The notes beneath the pieces were generated by a model that saw only the letters and a program-made list of their open reading frames with translations, was not told the origin of the DNA and ran no database searches. This document shows, piece after piece, positions 32,941 to 43,909 of a stretch of DNA of 64,000 nt. The position numbers and the translations under genes were made by a program. The stretch comes from an uncultured Clostridium sp. (GTDB lineage Bacteria; Bacillota; Clostridia; TANB77; CAG-508): positions 19,999 to 83,998 of the forward strand of contig USBY01000006.1 of NCBI GenBank assembly GCA_900553015.1. Direction: 5' to 3'. The stretch's first letter is position 1. Each line of letters begins with the position of its first letter.

Positions 32941-35900
32941 TCTTTCTTAACCCTCCCCTTCTTTTTATAATAATTCTAGCTATTAATACTAAGATAGCTA
33001 ATATTAAGATTATTAATATTGTTATTTGTACTGCACCTGTTTTTACTCCTATAATTAATTGTGCTGTATTATTTTCACTATTAATATCTATATTTAGATT
33101 TGCATTCTCGCTTTGTACATTTGAAATATCTGCTTTATTTACAACATTCTTTCCTTCTCCTTGGCTTCCTGTTGTAGTTGTCATAGTTAATTTTATAGAT
33201 TTTGTTTCTCCTGCACCAATAGTAGTATTTTCTAATTGATTTGTTGCTAAGTCATTTCCTTTACTATACCAATTTCCTGAAGTATCTTTTAATTGTAAAT
33301 CACTGCTTGGTGTATCTACTATTTCTTGAATTGTCTCTGCAGTTTCTCCTTGGTTTTGTATATCTATTGTATATTCGATTTCTATTTGTGCATTTGCCAT
33401 TTCCTTAGAAGCTATTTCAACTTTTGCTATTTGTTTTCTATCAAAGTTATATGTTTTTGTACTTTTATTTGTTTTTACTGTAACTTTTGTTATTGTTTTT
33501 GAAATATTTAATTTTCTAGCTGAGAATTCAATAAATCCAGCATTTATATTGTTTAAATCGCTATCTTCTACTGTTAATTCTTCTGTTGCTGCTACTTTCT
33601 TTCTTTGACCATTTTCTTCTATCTCTGCTTCTAATACATCAGAATTACTATTTTCATCAATACCATTTGCTTTGTAAGGTGATAAATAATATTTTGAAGT
33701 ATCATATTCAAATATAACTCTATAATTACCATTCTCTACTTCATTAAATTCATAATATCCATTTGAACTAGAAGTAGTTTCTTGCAATATTGTTCCTGTC
33801 CCAGTAATTAATAATACTCTAATATCAGGAATATTTACTTCTGAAGAATCTTTTACCCCATCTTTGTCTGCATCATTCCATGTAAATCCATTTATCGAAA
33901 TATTAGTTCCTGGATTATCTGGGTCTGGATCTGGGTTTGGCTCATCGCCACCACCTGGTTCTCCAGAGATTTCATCAACTATTTTATGTTTTATTGTATT
34001 AGATGTTTGCTCTTTTTTTACCTGCCTTGAATTTAATGTAACTGTATTTGATATTTCTGTATTATTATTTAAATATGTATTAATTGTAGTCTCGATTACT
34101 AATTTTACTTGTTCTTTTGCTTGTATTGTTGCCGGTATAGAAATAACTTGTCCATTTACAGTAAGTTCTGTCTGTTGTCCATTTTGTTCTAAGTATGCTC
34201 TATTTACTACTGCATTTTCTGGAACATCATCTGTAATCGTAACATCTGCTGCAATATCACCTTCATTTGTAATCTCTGTTGTGTAAATTAAGTTATCATC
34301 TTGTTTTACTTGATCTGCAATATTAGCTGTTTGTTCTAATTTAAATGTTGTTAAAGATTTATTTACAGTAAAATCTAATTGTCCAGATAAATACTCCTCA
34401 TCATTATAAAGTGCATTACAGAATGTATAGAATGTATTTGTTTTTAATCCGTCTTCTAAAGGATTAAATAATGCATATGTATAAATAACTACTGTTTGTC
34501 CTGCTGGAATACTTTTTACTGTATATTTTAATGTATTGTCTTTGTTCTCTATTATTTCTGCATTATTTGTTGGTGTTGAATCTAATATTTGTTCTGTAAT
34601 TACAACATTCTTTGTATAATAAAATGAAACTACTAAGTCATTTATATCTTCATTAGATAAATTCTTGATTTTCATTCCAAATATTGCTGCTCCATCTTCT
34701 GTTAAAGAATCTGGATATCCAGTTGTTGTTCCTGGATCTAATAAAATTTGTAGTTTAGCATCTTTTATTGGATTCTCTATAGATTTTATTTCTTTTTCAC
34801 TAATAGAATCTGCAGCTATTTTTATAGTCGCTTGAGTTGAACTATTATCTCCTGCTTTCTTTACAATTACTTGGTAGTTTAATTCAACTTCTTCACCTGC
34901 ACCTAAACTTTCTATTGTAAATTCTTGTTCTTTTTTGTCTGGTACTTCATAAAATCCTTGGTTAACAAGATCTTCTGTAACTTGTTTTGTCATAAATTCA
35001 TAAAATACTGCATTTGTATTTGTTGCTGTAAGTTTTATATTATTTATAGTTTTATCTGTTGTGTTCGTTAATTTAATAATATATTTAAGGTTTTGCTCAT
35101 CATGTACATCTTCTCCAGCTTGTAATGAAACATTTCCTTTTACTACAGATATTTCTGTTTTTATCTCTGATTCATCAACTGTAGATGCTTCTGGGTCTGC
35201 CTCATTTAATTGCATATCTTCTGTAGAAACTTTAATTCCAGACCAGTTATTTACTTCATTTTCATTTTGCTTTGCATTTGCTATAAATGCAACATATGAG
35301 CTTTTACTATATGATATATTTTCTGGTATTTTTAGGTCATACTCGATTGTTACTGTATCACCTTTATTTAAATTTGAATTATCAAATGATATTTTAAATA
35401 AATTACTATTTTCAGTTTTAGTCTCTGACCAGTTTTCATTATCTTCTGAATAATATATTTTAGCATCATCTCTGTTTATATAAACATTTCCTACAATTTC
35501 ACCATTAAAGTTTGAATTAATAGAATTTTCTCCTAAAGTATATTGTCTATCTTCTATTGGTGTCATTCCAACTAGTTCAAAGTTATTTACAGTATTATCA
35601 AAATTATTTACTACTGTTTCTTTTACATGAATTGTTTGTTCTACTGTATTTGCTCTTAATTTTACTTCTTTTAACTCTTTGTTCTTTGATGTTGTTCCAT
35701 TTACTTCTGTTTGCATTACAAATCCATATGGAGCTGTTATTTTTATAGGAACATTATATGTACCATTATTATCATATGTTATGGCTTTTTCATTTGTATA
35801 TACATATGTAATATTAGTATCTCTTGATGTTAAGTCTTGATATGTTTTTACAGTTCCACTTATAGAAATTTGTGTGTTTGCAGTTATATCATTATTTAAA

Positions 35901-37753
35901 TATTCTTGTTGTTCTCCTGTTACATATATTGTTAATGTTTTCGTTCCGTCAGGATTGTTTACCATATTGCTACTTTGTAAACGCAATCCATTTTCAAAAG
36001 ACATACCAATTTGTTCTATATTTACAGTTTCAAATTCACTTGGGAATATTACTTGTAATACTGGATTTTTGTATAAATCGTAGTCCATATTTTGTGTGTT
36101 TAAATTTAATTTCATATTTATTTTAGATTCATTATCTATTGTATAGAATTCTGTTTTATCTATTTCCATTGTAGATTTAGTAACTGTATTATATAGGTTA
36201 ATATTTTTTTCTGTAGTATTAGAGTAAATCATATTGTTTGTCTCAAATACTAGTTTTAATTGATTTATTGCTTTTAATTCATCATTGCTTATTCCATGAT
36301 TACTTATAATTTTTTTACTACTATTTATATGAATATTTCCTATTTTTGCTGGATCTTTTATTACAATTTTAATTCTTGATACATTTTCATAATTTACTAC
36401 TATATTTCCATTTTCATCTGCCTGTGTATCTTTATTAATAGTAATTATTAGATTTCCAGTATTTTCGTCATATATTTCTAAAGAACCTTTATCTCCTAAT
36501 ATTTCTGTAACTTCTGCTTTTGATATTGCTGTTCTTGTATAAGATGTTTTATTTGTTATATTTAAATTTGTTTCATCTCCAACTAAAGTGTTTTCTTTTT
36601 CTGTTATTTCTATATTTCTATTTGGTAAAATGTATTGTATTTGTACATTCATATTTACATCATAAGGTGTTTCGTATTTTTGCCAATACATATATCCTTT
36701 GCTTATATTTTCTGCACTACTTATATCTACTTTAGTTGTTTGATTTGTTTTCTCTTTCTCTAAATTATTTTCGAAAGAAATATTAGTTTCATTTAAATTA
36801 TATGGTTTTACTTTTAAGTTTTGCTTTACATTAATATTTACCTTGTCTAGATTAAATTGACTTCCATATACATATATAACATCATAGTTTATATTTCCTA
36901 ATAAATTATTTATCTCATTATTTTCATTTGAAGTATTTTCTTTTCTTATTAAAAGGGTTTTATTTTCCTTATCGTAAGTAAATTCATTTTCAGAAAGTTT
37001 CTTTCCATTTTCAGTTATATCTATTTCTTCTGGAATAGTTCCATTTATCTCTGGCACATTTGAACTAAATTCTACATATTCCATAGGTACTGTAATGTTA
37101 TTAATTGTTCCTAGTGTATTAGTAATTACTATAGACTTTCCATCAGCCTCGATATAGTTTTCTATATTTGTTTGTAATGCTCCTTCCACATTAGATATCC
37201 ATTTTAACCTTACAGCTATGTTACCTGATATATTTTTATTTGATTTCTGGCTATCAGTATATGTTCCTTCTAAAGTTATTTCTGTATCTCTTTCTAAATC
37301 AGTTAAGTTAACCTTGTCACCAGCTTTATAACTTATTTTTACAGGAATTTCTACATTTTCTGATATTTGATTAAGTTCTATACTGTTTTCTGTTTCATTT
37401 ACACTTTTGATAAGTGTATTTGACTTCAATTCTTCATAATTTATTGCAAAATTTGGATTATTTAAATTGATTTTTGCATTTTGAATAATTCCCTCTTGCA
37501 ATGAAATATTGAAATACAAATAATTTTCATCTTTTGTATTTACTTCAGCCATATGAACTTTATCTTCCCCGTTTTTTAAATACGCATCAAAATTAACCTT
37601 TCTATCTCCTGCCTCAGTTTTTTGATTTTCATACTCGCTAACTGCTGCAGCTACTTCTGATAGAAAAGTTCCATAAGAAGATATAATTACCATCACGATA
37701 ATTAATGCTGAAATAAATTTACTGCATATACTTAATTTCTTTTCTTTTTCCAT
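32930..37753 (-). CDS. Giant cell-surface protein (about 1607 aa): signal peptide, DUF11/Cna-B-type repeats, C-terminal TM plus basic tail. Start reassigned to ATG 37753 (RBS GAGGGG).
   Basis: Signal peptide MEKEKKLSICSKFISALIIVMVIISSYGTFLSEVAAAV. Cna-B-like NGYYEFNEVENGNYRVIFEYD. PDPDPDN linker. C-terminal ILIILILAILVLIARIIIKRRGG. Confidence 0.85.
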   Translation of the reverse strand: MEKEKKLSICSKFISALIIVMVIISSYGTFLSEVAAAVSEYENQKTEAGDRKVNFDAYLKNGEDKVHMAEVNTKDENYLYFNISLQEGIIQNAKINLNNPNFAINYEELKSNTLIKSVNETENSIELNQISENVEIPVKISYKAGDKVNLTDLERDTEITLEGTYTDSQKSNKNISGNIAVRLKWISNVEGALQTNIENYIEADGKSIVITNTLGTINNITVPMEYVEFSSNVPEINGTIPEEIDITENGKKLSENEFTYDKENKTLLIRKENTSNENNEINNLLGNINYDVIYVYGSQFNLDKVNINVKQNLKVKPYNLNETNISFENNLEKEKTNQTTKVDISSAENISKGYMYWQKYETPYDVNMNVQIQYILPNRNIEITEKENTLVGDETNLNITNKTSYTRTAISKAEVTEILGDKGSLEIYDENTGNLIITINKDTQADENGNIVVNYENVSRIKIVIKDPAKIGNIHINSSKKIISNHGISNDELKAINQLKLVFETNNMIYSNTTEKNINLYNTVTKSTMEIDKTEFYTIDNESKINMKLNLNTQNMDYDLYKNPVLQVIFPSEFETVNIEQIGMSFENGLRLQSSNMVNNPDGTKTLTIYVTGEQQEYLNNDITANTQISISGTVKTYQDLTSRDTNITYVYTNEKAITYDNNGTYNVPIKITAPYGFVMQTEVNGTTSKNKELKEVKLRANTVEQTIHVKETVVNNFDNTVNNFELVGMTPIEDRQYTLGENSINSNFNGEIVGNVYINRDDAKIYYSEDNENWSETKTENSNLFKISFDNSNLNKGDTVTIEYDLKIPENISYSKSSYVAFIANAKQNENEVNNWSGIKVSTEDMQLNEADPEASTVDESEIKTEISVVKGNVSLQAGEDVHDEQNLKYIIKLTNTTDKTINNIKLTATNTNAVFYEFMTKQVTEDLVNQGFYEVPDKKEQEFTIESLGAGEEVELNYQVIVKKAGDNSSTQATIKIAADSISEKEIKSIENPIKDAKLQILLDPGTTTGYPDSLTEDGAAIFGMKIKNLSNEDINDLVVSFYYTKNVVITEQILDSTPTNNAEIIENKDNTLKYTVKSIPAGQTVVIYTYALFNPLEDGLKTNTFYTFCNALYNDEEYLSGQLDFTVNKSLTTFKLEQTANIADQVKQDDNLIYTTEITNEGDIAADVTITDDVPENAVVNRAYLEQNGQQTELTVNGQVISIPATIQAKEQVKLVIETTINTYLNNNTEISNTVTLNSRQVKKEQTSNTIKHKIVDEISGEPGGGDEPNPDPDPDNPGTNISINGFTWNDADKDGVKDSSEVNIPDIRVLLITGTGTILQETTSSSNGYYEFNEVENGNYRVIFEYDTSKYYLSPYKANGIDENSNSDVLEAEIEENGQRKKVAATEELTVEDSDLNNINAGFIEFSARKLNISKTITKVTVKTNKSTKTYNFDRKQIAKVEIASKEMANAQIEIEYTIDIQNQGETAETIQEIVDTPSSDLQLKDTSGNWYSKGNDLATNQLENTTIGAGETKSIKLTMTTTTGSQGEGKNVVNKADISNVQSENANLNIDINSENNTAQLIIGVKTGAVQITILIILILAILVLIARIIIKRRGGLRKNGK

Positions 37754-37933
37754 AGGAACACCCCTCATAATTTGCATAAATATATATAATAAAATATAAC
37801 AATATAAAGCTTTTAGTTCAATATACTTATTTTTTGTCTTTTTTTATCGTATTAGATGCCTTTACGGATGTTCATTTCATTAAATTATTACAATTCCATT
37901 AAATATTTATTTTCTTTTTATTACACACAAAAA

Positions 37934-37984
37934 AAGACACTATAAAATTGTTGCTTCAATTTTAATATAGTGTCTTTATTTTTA
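37934..37984. terminator. Terminator hairpin (AAGACACTATA...TATAGTGTCTT) followed by a T-run, downstream of the M23 peptidase gene
   Basis: 11-bp stem read from the sequence. Confidence 0.55.
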
Positions 37985-38011
37985 TATTTCCTTTGATATT
38001 GCTTGTTTCAG

Positions 38012-39262
38012 CTATGGCAAGTATTTTGCTGGATCAACTCTTTGTGAACCATTTACCCTTACTTCGAAATGTAAATGTGCTCCACCCTTAGGGTTGCTTG
38101 GTGTTGGCCTTGGACTTACATTCCCAGTATTACCTACTGTCATTATTTGTTGTCCCTGTGATACTTTTTGTCCTTCTTTTACTAATCTGCTTCCTGGTTT
38201 ACCATGAGCATATAATGTGATATTACCATCATCATGTAGTATTGCTATATATTCCCCATAACTTCTGTATTTACCTATCAAATTTCCATCTAAATCGTAG
38301 TTTGGAATTGTTCCTGTTAATGTTTCTGAAATAACTACAGTTCCGCTTTTTGCTGCAACTACTGGCTTTCCATAGTTACCTCCAAAATCTGCTCCTCCAT
38401 GACCAGAATATCCATAAAAACCACATGTTATATTAGCTTTACTTAACCCTGGAATTGGGCATATGTATCCTTTTGAACTTGTCCCACCATTATTGCTTCC
38501 TCCAGATGAGCCACCTCCACTATTACCTGAATTGTTGTTATTGTTTTTATTAGCATTTGCTATTTCTTCAAGTCTTTTATCAATAGCAGCTTTATCTTTT
38601 TCGAATTGGGCTAAATCTGCTTGTAGGTCTTTTGCTTCTCCCTCTAAATCATCTATGTATTTTTCTTTTTCTTGTTTAGTAGCATTTAACTCTTGAGTTT
38701 TTACTTCTTTTTCACTTTTTAATGTTTCTACTTCAGCTTTATCATTTTCTAGTGATTTCTTTGTTTCTTCTATTTGTTTTTGCTCATTTTGTATTTGTTC
38801 TAGTAAATCTAAATCATAAGAAGCTAATTCTGATATTAAATAATAATTAGATATGAACTCTGTTAAACTACTAGAAGATAGCAATAAATCTATGTAAGAT
38901 ACACTTCCATTTTCGTAAATTGTTACTAATCTTTCATCTAATAATTCCGAATTCTCGTCATACGCTTTTTGTTGTTCTTCTAATTTCTTTTCGTTTTCGC
39001 TTATGTTAGTATTTAATGTATCTAATTTATCATTTAAAGTATCTATAGAGCCTTGGTATTCATCTATTTTTGTTTGAATATCATCAACTTGTTTTTCTGT
39101 ATCTGTTTTTGTTGTATTTACATCATTTAATTGTTCTTTTGTTTTGTCTATTTTATCTTGTAAATCTTTTGAATCTTGTGATGAAACTCCTAAAGATATA
39201 TTGGTCATAATCATTATTGCTACTAGTATAATAGCCAATATCTTTTTTAACATTTGTTTCAT
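38012..39262 (-). CDS. M23-family peptidoglycan metalloendopeptidase with N-terminal signal/TM and long coiled-coil region (EnvC/LytM-like)
   Basis: C-terminal M23 motifs GHGGADFGG...HLHFEVRVNG. Preceding coiled-coil heptads. Gly/Ser/Asn linker. Confidence 0.9.
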   Translation of the reverse strand: MKQMLKKILAIILVAIMIMTNISLGVSSQDSKDLQDKIDKTKEQLNDVNTTKTDTEKQVDDIQTKIDEYQGSIDTLNDKLDTLNTNISENEKKLEEQQKAYDENSELLDERLVTIYENGSVSYIDLLLSSSSLTEFISNYYLISELASYDLDLLEQIQNEQKQIEETKKSLENDKAEVETLKSEKEVKTQELNATKQEKEKYIDDLEGEAKDLQADLAQFEKDKAAIDKRLEEIANANKNNNNNSGNSGGGSSGGSNNGGTSSKGYICPIPGLSKANITCGFYGYSGHGGADFGGNYGKPVVAAKSGTVVISETLTGTIPNYDLDGNLIGKYRSYGEYIAILHDDGNITLYAHGKPGSRLVKEGQKVSQGQQIMTVGNTGNVSPRPTPSNPKGGAHLHFEVRVNGSQRVDPAKYLP

Positions 39263-39294
39263 ATAAATTTCCCCTTTATAAGTATTATATTGCT

Positions 39295-39561
39295 TTATTT
39301 TGTACTTTCTTTTAATATTGCAACTAATAACTCATTTTCTTGTATCTTAAATGTTTTGCCTTTGTATGTATATTCTTCACCTGTCTTATATACTAAATAT
39401 CCTGTATTCATCAATTTCTGAGATATTAGACTTAAAAATGTTATAGAATCTTCTTCTGACAAATTTAATTTCATTCTTACTTCATAAAATGAAAATTTTA
39501 TAATTTCTCTATTCTGTGCTAGTTTTGCATTTAAATAATTATCTACAAATTCTAACGTCAT
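39295..39561 (-). CDS. Hypothetical small protein (88 aa)
   Basis: ORF with RBS AAGGAGA. Confidence 0.45.
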   Translation of the reverse strand: MTLEFVDNYLNAKLAQNREIIKFSFYEVRMKLNLSEEDSITFLSLISQKLMNTGYLVYKTGEEYTYKGKTFKIQENELLVAILKESTK

Positions 39562-39688
39562 TCTAATTCTCCTTATCTTTTTGCCATAATATTATCACAT
39601 TTTTATTTTATTGTAAATCTATTTTTGATACCATTGTATTTTTGGTAAAAAATTTATATAATATCAAAAAAGGTTAATCGAGGTAACT

Positions 39689-40267
39689 ATGAGAAAAATT
39701 GAATTTAATGAACTAAAGCTAAAAAATAATTGTTCTGAAGAGCAATTCTATGAAATTTATATACAAGGACTTGATTCCGTGCCTACAGAAAGTACCATCA
39801 TTAGCAAACCGGAAAAAATATATGAAGTTTGTCTTTTAAATATTTTAGATGGCAAAATTATTGCTATCAATAAAAATTATATTAATAATGACAATCTTGA
39901 TGGTCAAGAACTTTACTATAACTATTATATTGCAAAACAAATTGCTAATTATTTATCAGATATTCAAGATGGTATCCTTTCAGAGCAATATGAATTTATA
40001 GAACTATATAAAGAGGAACGTCTAAAAAAAGACAAATTAATTTCTGAATTAAAATTGCAAGATGAAAAAACTTTTAACGAAAAGGAGAAGGAATATAATA
40101 TTATTATTAATTCCAAATTATATTCAGAATATCAAAAAATACTTGAAGAATACAACAAGTTAAAGTTAGAAAATAAAAATTTACTTATGGCTAGTCAAAA
40201 GAAAACTGGGTTTTTTTCTAAGTTAGTAAATAAAATAAAAAACAAAAAATTATCGAATGGAGAATAA
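39689..40267 (+). CDS. Hypothetical protein (192 aa, coiled-coil C-terminal half)
   Basis: ORF only. Confidence 0.45.
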   Translation: MRKIEFNELKLKNNCSEEQFYEIYIQGLDSVPTESTIISKPEKIYEVCLLNILDGKIIAINKNYINNDNLDGQELYYNYYIAKQIANYLSDIQDGILSEQYEFIELYKEERLKKDKLISELKLQDEKTFNEKEKEYNIIINSKLYSEYQKILEEYNKLKLENKNLLMASQKKTGFFSKLVNKIKNKKLSNGE

Positions 40268-40268
40268 T

Positions 40269-41730
40269 ATGATAGATGAAATAATAGAAAAAGCAAAAAA
40301 AGAACAAAAATCAATATATGTATTTGCTCATAAATTTCCAGATGGTGATGCAGTTACTTCTTCAACCGCAATAGTAGAATATTGTAAATCCCAAGGAATT
40401 AATGCACAATATGTTGTAACATCTCGGTGTCCGTCTATTTCAAAATTTTACTGGCGAAATTCCTATTACAGCTGATATCCCTTCTGGGAATATATCTCTT
40501 ATAGTTGATACTAGCACTGTCTCTTATGCGGAAAATGATTTATTTAAAAAATCTACTCCAAAAGACACATATGTTATAGATCATCATGAATCGTCCAATG
40601 ATACTATGTGCATAGAAGATGAACTGGGATTACCAGAATCTAATGTCATTAGAAATCCATCTTCAAGTTCTACTTGTGAAATTTTAGTAGATGAATTTGA
40701 CACAGAAAAAATAACACCAAGTATTGCCAACAAACTTGCTTTAGGCTTAATGTCTGACACTGCAAAATTAAAATTTATTAAATCTTCTACTCTAGATAGT
40801 CTAGCAAAATTAATGGAACTAGGAGCAGATTTTGAGAAAATATCTTCTACAGGCAATAGAAAAATTAGATTAAGTGAAGAAGTTGGCTTGGCAAAGGCTT
40901 TTCTACGTGCTCAAAAATTTGAAATCGGAGATTCTTTTGGGCTTTCATTATCTCTTGACAATAAATCTGTCAAAAATTTGCTTACACATTATGGCGTGCG
41001 TAATCCTCAAAAGAAAATATTTAAAATGGCTGATATAGAAGGATGTAGTTTGACGTGTATGTGTGCAGAAAATATTGTAGGCTCATATAATTTTGAATTT
41101 AGAAATTCTTCAACATATGGTGATTTAAATGTTTTTGACCTTGCCTCACATTATTCGGGAGGCGGACATTATGGTGCTTCTGGCTGTTTGATAAATGGGA
41201 AAAATGGTAGTATAGAAGATGTATCAACCGAAGTTATACATACTGCTCAAGAAATGTACTTTAATAGTGGCAATATTAGAAATCTTCCAATAGAATCAGA
41301 GGCAAACGATAAATTAGCAGCTGTTTTTAAAGGTACAGGAAAATTATCACATCATGTAACTCCAGATGTTTTAAGAAAGGTTAATAGTTTAGTTAAAGCT
41401 GGCGCTCAATATGAATATTACACAAAATCTTTTAGAACTTATGAAGAATTCATGTTGCAAAATGAAATTTTAAGCAAAGTGCCTGATTTTAAACTAAAAG
41501 ATAAATTCCCTTCTGTACGTATAAATCTTTCCTCTCAAGATATATCATTTTTAACTAAAAAATATGGTGTTTCTGAAGAGCAAATTTTAGGAAGTATTTC
41601 TGCATTCTCTAATATAAATATTAAAAATGCAAGTATTTATTTACCTAGTGGTAAAGGCACTACAATAGATAAAAATGGAAATATAAAACAAGTTTCTAGC
41701 GAAAGTTTTGAAAGAAAATCTAGTAGATAA
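40269..41730 (+). pseudogene. NrnA-like DHH/DHHA1 phosphoesterase (oligoribonuclease / pAp phosphatase family) with a +1 frameshift in the T-run at 40446-40449. N-terminal 60 codons are in one frame and the remainder (to 41730) in the next frame.
   Basis: DHH motif 1 AHKFPDGDAVTSS in the first frame. In the second frame: DTYVIDHHES (DHH) and DHHA1 motif YSGGGHYGASG. Removing one T gives a continuous ...VVTSRCPSISKFTGEIPITADIP..., which parallels B. subtilis NrnA. Could be a sequencing indel. Confidence 0.6.
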
Positions 41731-41754
41731 AAGTTTATATATTAAATAACTTAT

Positions 41755-41786
41755 AAAAAAAGCACTTTACAAAAGTGCTTTTTTAT
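41755..41786. terminator. Bidirectional terminator hairpin AAAAAAGCACTTT-ACAA-AAGTGCTTTTTT
   Basis: Palindrome flanked by A-run and T-run, between the nrnA-like gene and the tRNA. Confidence 0.6.
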
Positions 41787-41788
41787 TT

Positions 41789-41864
41789 TGGTGCACCACC
41801 GGGGGGTCGAACCCCGGACCTTCTGATTAAGAGTCAGCTGCTCTACCAACTGAGCTAGTGGTGC
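41789..41864 (-). tRNA. tRNA-Lys (anticodon CTT), 76 nt with encoded CCA
   Basis: Minus-strand sequence GCACCACTAGCTCAGTTGGTAGAGCAGCTGACTCTTAATCAGAAGGTCCGGGGTTCGACCCCCCGGTGGTGCACCA folds as a cloverleaf. Anticodon loop CTCTTAA. Upstream promoter TTGACA at 41914-41919. Confidence 0.9.
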
Positions 41865-41932
41865 AAATATTTAATTTAAGTACTTAAATAGTATAATACC
41901 GAATTTTACTTTTTGTCAAGTCCAAAACTAAA

Positions 41933-41975
41933 AAAGATATGAAATGCAACACTTTTTTTCATTTCATATCTTTTT
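41933..41975. terminator. Terminator hairpin AAGATATGAAATG...CATTTCATATCTT with T-runs, downstream of the VanW-family gene
   Basis: 13-bp stem read from the sequence. Confidence 0.55.
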
Positions 41976-41986
41976 CTTATTTAACT

Positions 41987-43777
41987 TTAAGCTGCTGGTG
42001 TACTTTCTGGCTCTTCTGGTGTTGTAGGCTCAGTAGGCGTTTCTGGTTCTGTTGGTGTCTCTGGCTGAGTTGGAGTCTCTGGCTCTGTAGGTTGTTCAGG
42101 CGTTGTTGCCGGTGGTGTTTGTGTAGTAGTTCCTTTTGTTCCTCTTTTTATTATTGTTGACATTTGGTTATATTTATCTTTTGAAAGTAATGTTCTAGAT
42201 ACTACTTTTCCATTTAGATATACCACTTTATATGCTTCACTATATGTACCATTATGTCCTTTTTGTACTACCTTTTCTTTACCTTGTTCTAATGTTGGAT
42301 CATCTTCATATGTTGTTTGCATTGGAATACTTCCTGTAATTTTTGTTTCTATTTTTACATCGTATTCTGTTTCTTCTTTCATTCCATATATTTGGATTTT
42401 TGCTACTCCGCCACTTACAGAACTTTTAATTTTTATAGGATATTTTCTTGTATTCTTAAACTTAAAGTCTATTGCTCCATAAACAACTGTTGCATCTCTA
42501 CCAGCTTTTACATAAGAAGGAACAAATTGATGATTACTTCTACTTACTATATCTAAATTTGCAAAAATAACTGCATTATATAATGTAGAAGTTATTTGGC
42601 ATATTCCTCCACCAATATCATTAACAACTTTTCCACCCGCATATGCTGGTGCTTCTTTATATCCTGCTGCTACTGTTCTTTTTCCTACAACTTTATTATA
42701 TGAGAAAGTTTCTCCTGGCATAACAACAGTATTATTAATCTTATTAGATGCTAATTTTAAATTAGTAGTTCTTGCTGTAGCCCCCGCATTATATGTTGTA
42801 GAAAATTCTCCTAATAAATCTGGAAAACCTTCTGAACCGATTTTATCTGTTGTTACTGATGGATGTGTAATTTTTAGTGGAATTACATATTCTTCTTTAT
42901 CTTCTTCTAATAATTTTTTTGCTTCTTCCATAGAGATTGCGAAATCTATTCCATCTACATGTGGATATAATGTAAACGGATTTTGAGTATAATATGCATC
43001 TTTAGGCTCTGTATGTATCTCTGAATAAATTTTATCTAAATCAATTGGATCTGGCTCTTTATTTTTTGTTGATAACTTTATTTCTTTTTCTGTGTTTTCC
43101 ACATTTTTTATTTCGTTTTCCACTTCTTGTTTTAATATTTCTGGATCAACTTCCAAACCAGCTTTACCCTTACTAATAACTAACTCTGCATTTTCTTCAT
43201 CTATATCATAGCTGCTTTCTACAACTCCACCAGGTATTTGCCCATTAAGAGTATCTATTTGTTTTTCTAATTCTTCGCTATTATATTCGTATGGAATTTC
43301 TACATTATTTCTAGAAAAATATGTTTTTATAATATTAAAATTATTAACAAATATATTGCTATCTCTTCCGATATTATATGCTTTTTCTATTGCCTCATCT
43401 AATTTATAATTTAACTGTAATTGTTCAAAACTAATTGCTCCTTTATATTCTGTACCATCCTCTGTTTGAGCATCTAATTTTACAATTAAATCTTCTGTTT
43501 GTTTAGCAGTAATCTTTTCTTCTAACATGGTTTTTACTTCATCTTTTGTTTTTCCTGCTATCTCAATTCCGTTTATAGTGACACCATTTAATATTTTATC
43601 ATTATTATTGTTAATCAATGCAAAAATTGTGCTAAGTACTGCTACTACTAGTAAAATAATAACAATTACACTAATTATAATAATCTTTTTCTTACTGCCT
43701 TTTTCCTTTGAATGTTTCGTAGGTTTCTTAGCAGTTGTTGGCTCTTTTTTTACTATTTTCTCCTTTTCTTCAATCAT
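41987..43777 (-). CDS. VanW-family protein (YoaR-like) with N-terminal TM, VanW domain, G5 domain and C-terminal Thr/Pro/Glu-rich repeat tail. Start reassigned to ATG 43777 (RBS AAGGGGAG).
   Basis: VanW-like block PGETFSYNKVVGKRTVAAGYKEAPAYAGGKVVNDIGGGICQITSTLYNAVIFANLDIVSRSNHQFV. G5-like block. TEPETPTQPETPTEPETP tail. Confidence 0.85.
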   Translation of the reverse strand: MIEEKEKIVKKEPTTAKKPTKHSKEKGSKKKIIIISVIVIILLVVAVLSTIFALINNNNDKILNGVTINGIEIAGKTKDEVKTMLEEKITAKQTEDLIVKLDAQTEDGTEYKGAISFEQLQLNYKLDEAIEKAYNIGRDSNIFVNNFNIIKTYFSRNNVEIPYEYNSEELEKQIDTLNGQIPGGVVESSYDIDEENAELVISKGKAGLEVDPEILKQEVENEIKNVENTEKEIKLSTKNKEPDPIDLDKIYSEIHTEPKDAYYTQNPFTLYPHVDGIDFAISMEEAKKLLEEDKEEYVIPLKITHPSVTTDKIGSEGFPDLLGEFSTTYNAGATARTTNLKLASNKINNTVVMPGETFSYNKVVGKRTVAAGYKEAPAYAGGKVVNDIGGGICQITSTLYNAVIFANLDIVSRSNHQFVPSYVKAGRDATVVYGAIDFKFKNTRKYPIKIKSSVSGGVAKIQIYGMKEETEYDVKIETKITGSIPMQTTYEDDPTLEQGKEKVVQKGHNGTYSEAYKVVYLNGKVVSRTLLSKDKYNQMSTIIKRGTKGTTTQTPPATTPEQPTEPETPTQPETPTEPETPTEPTTPEEPESTPAA

Positions 43778-43909
43778 AAATATACTCCCCTTAAATCTCT
43801 TATAATATATTAAAAGGTATATCACAATATTACTATATTTTCAATATTTTTTTCGACAGTAGTAGACTTTTTTCAAATGCTTTTATATAATGCTAACGAG
43901 GTAGAAAAT

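Noticed and set aside
28309-37753. LPXTG sortase sorting signals in the two giant surface proteins
   Set aside because: Searched the C-terminal 60 residues of both. Only a hydrophobic helix plus basic tail is present, and no LPXTG/NPQTN/SPXTG pentapeptide. They are not called sortase substrates.
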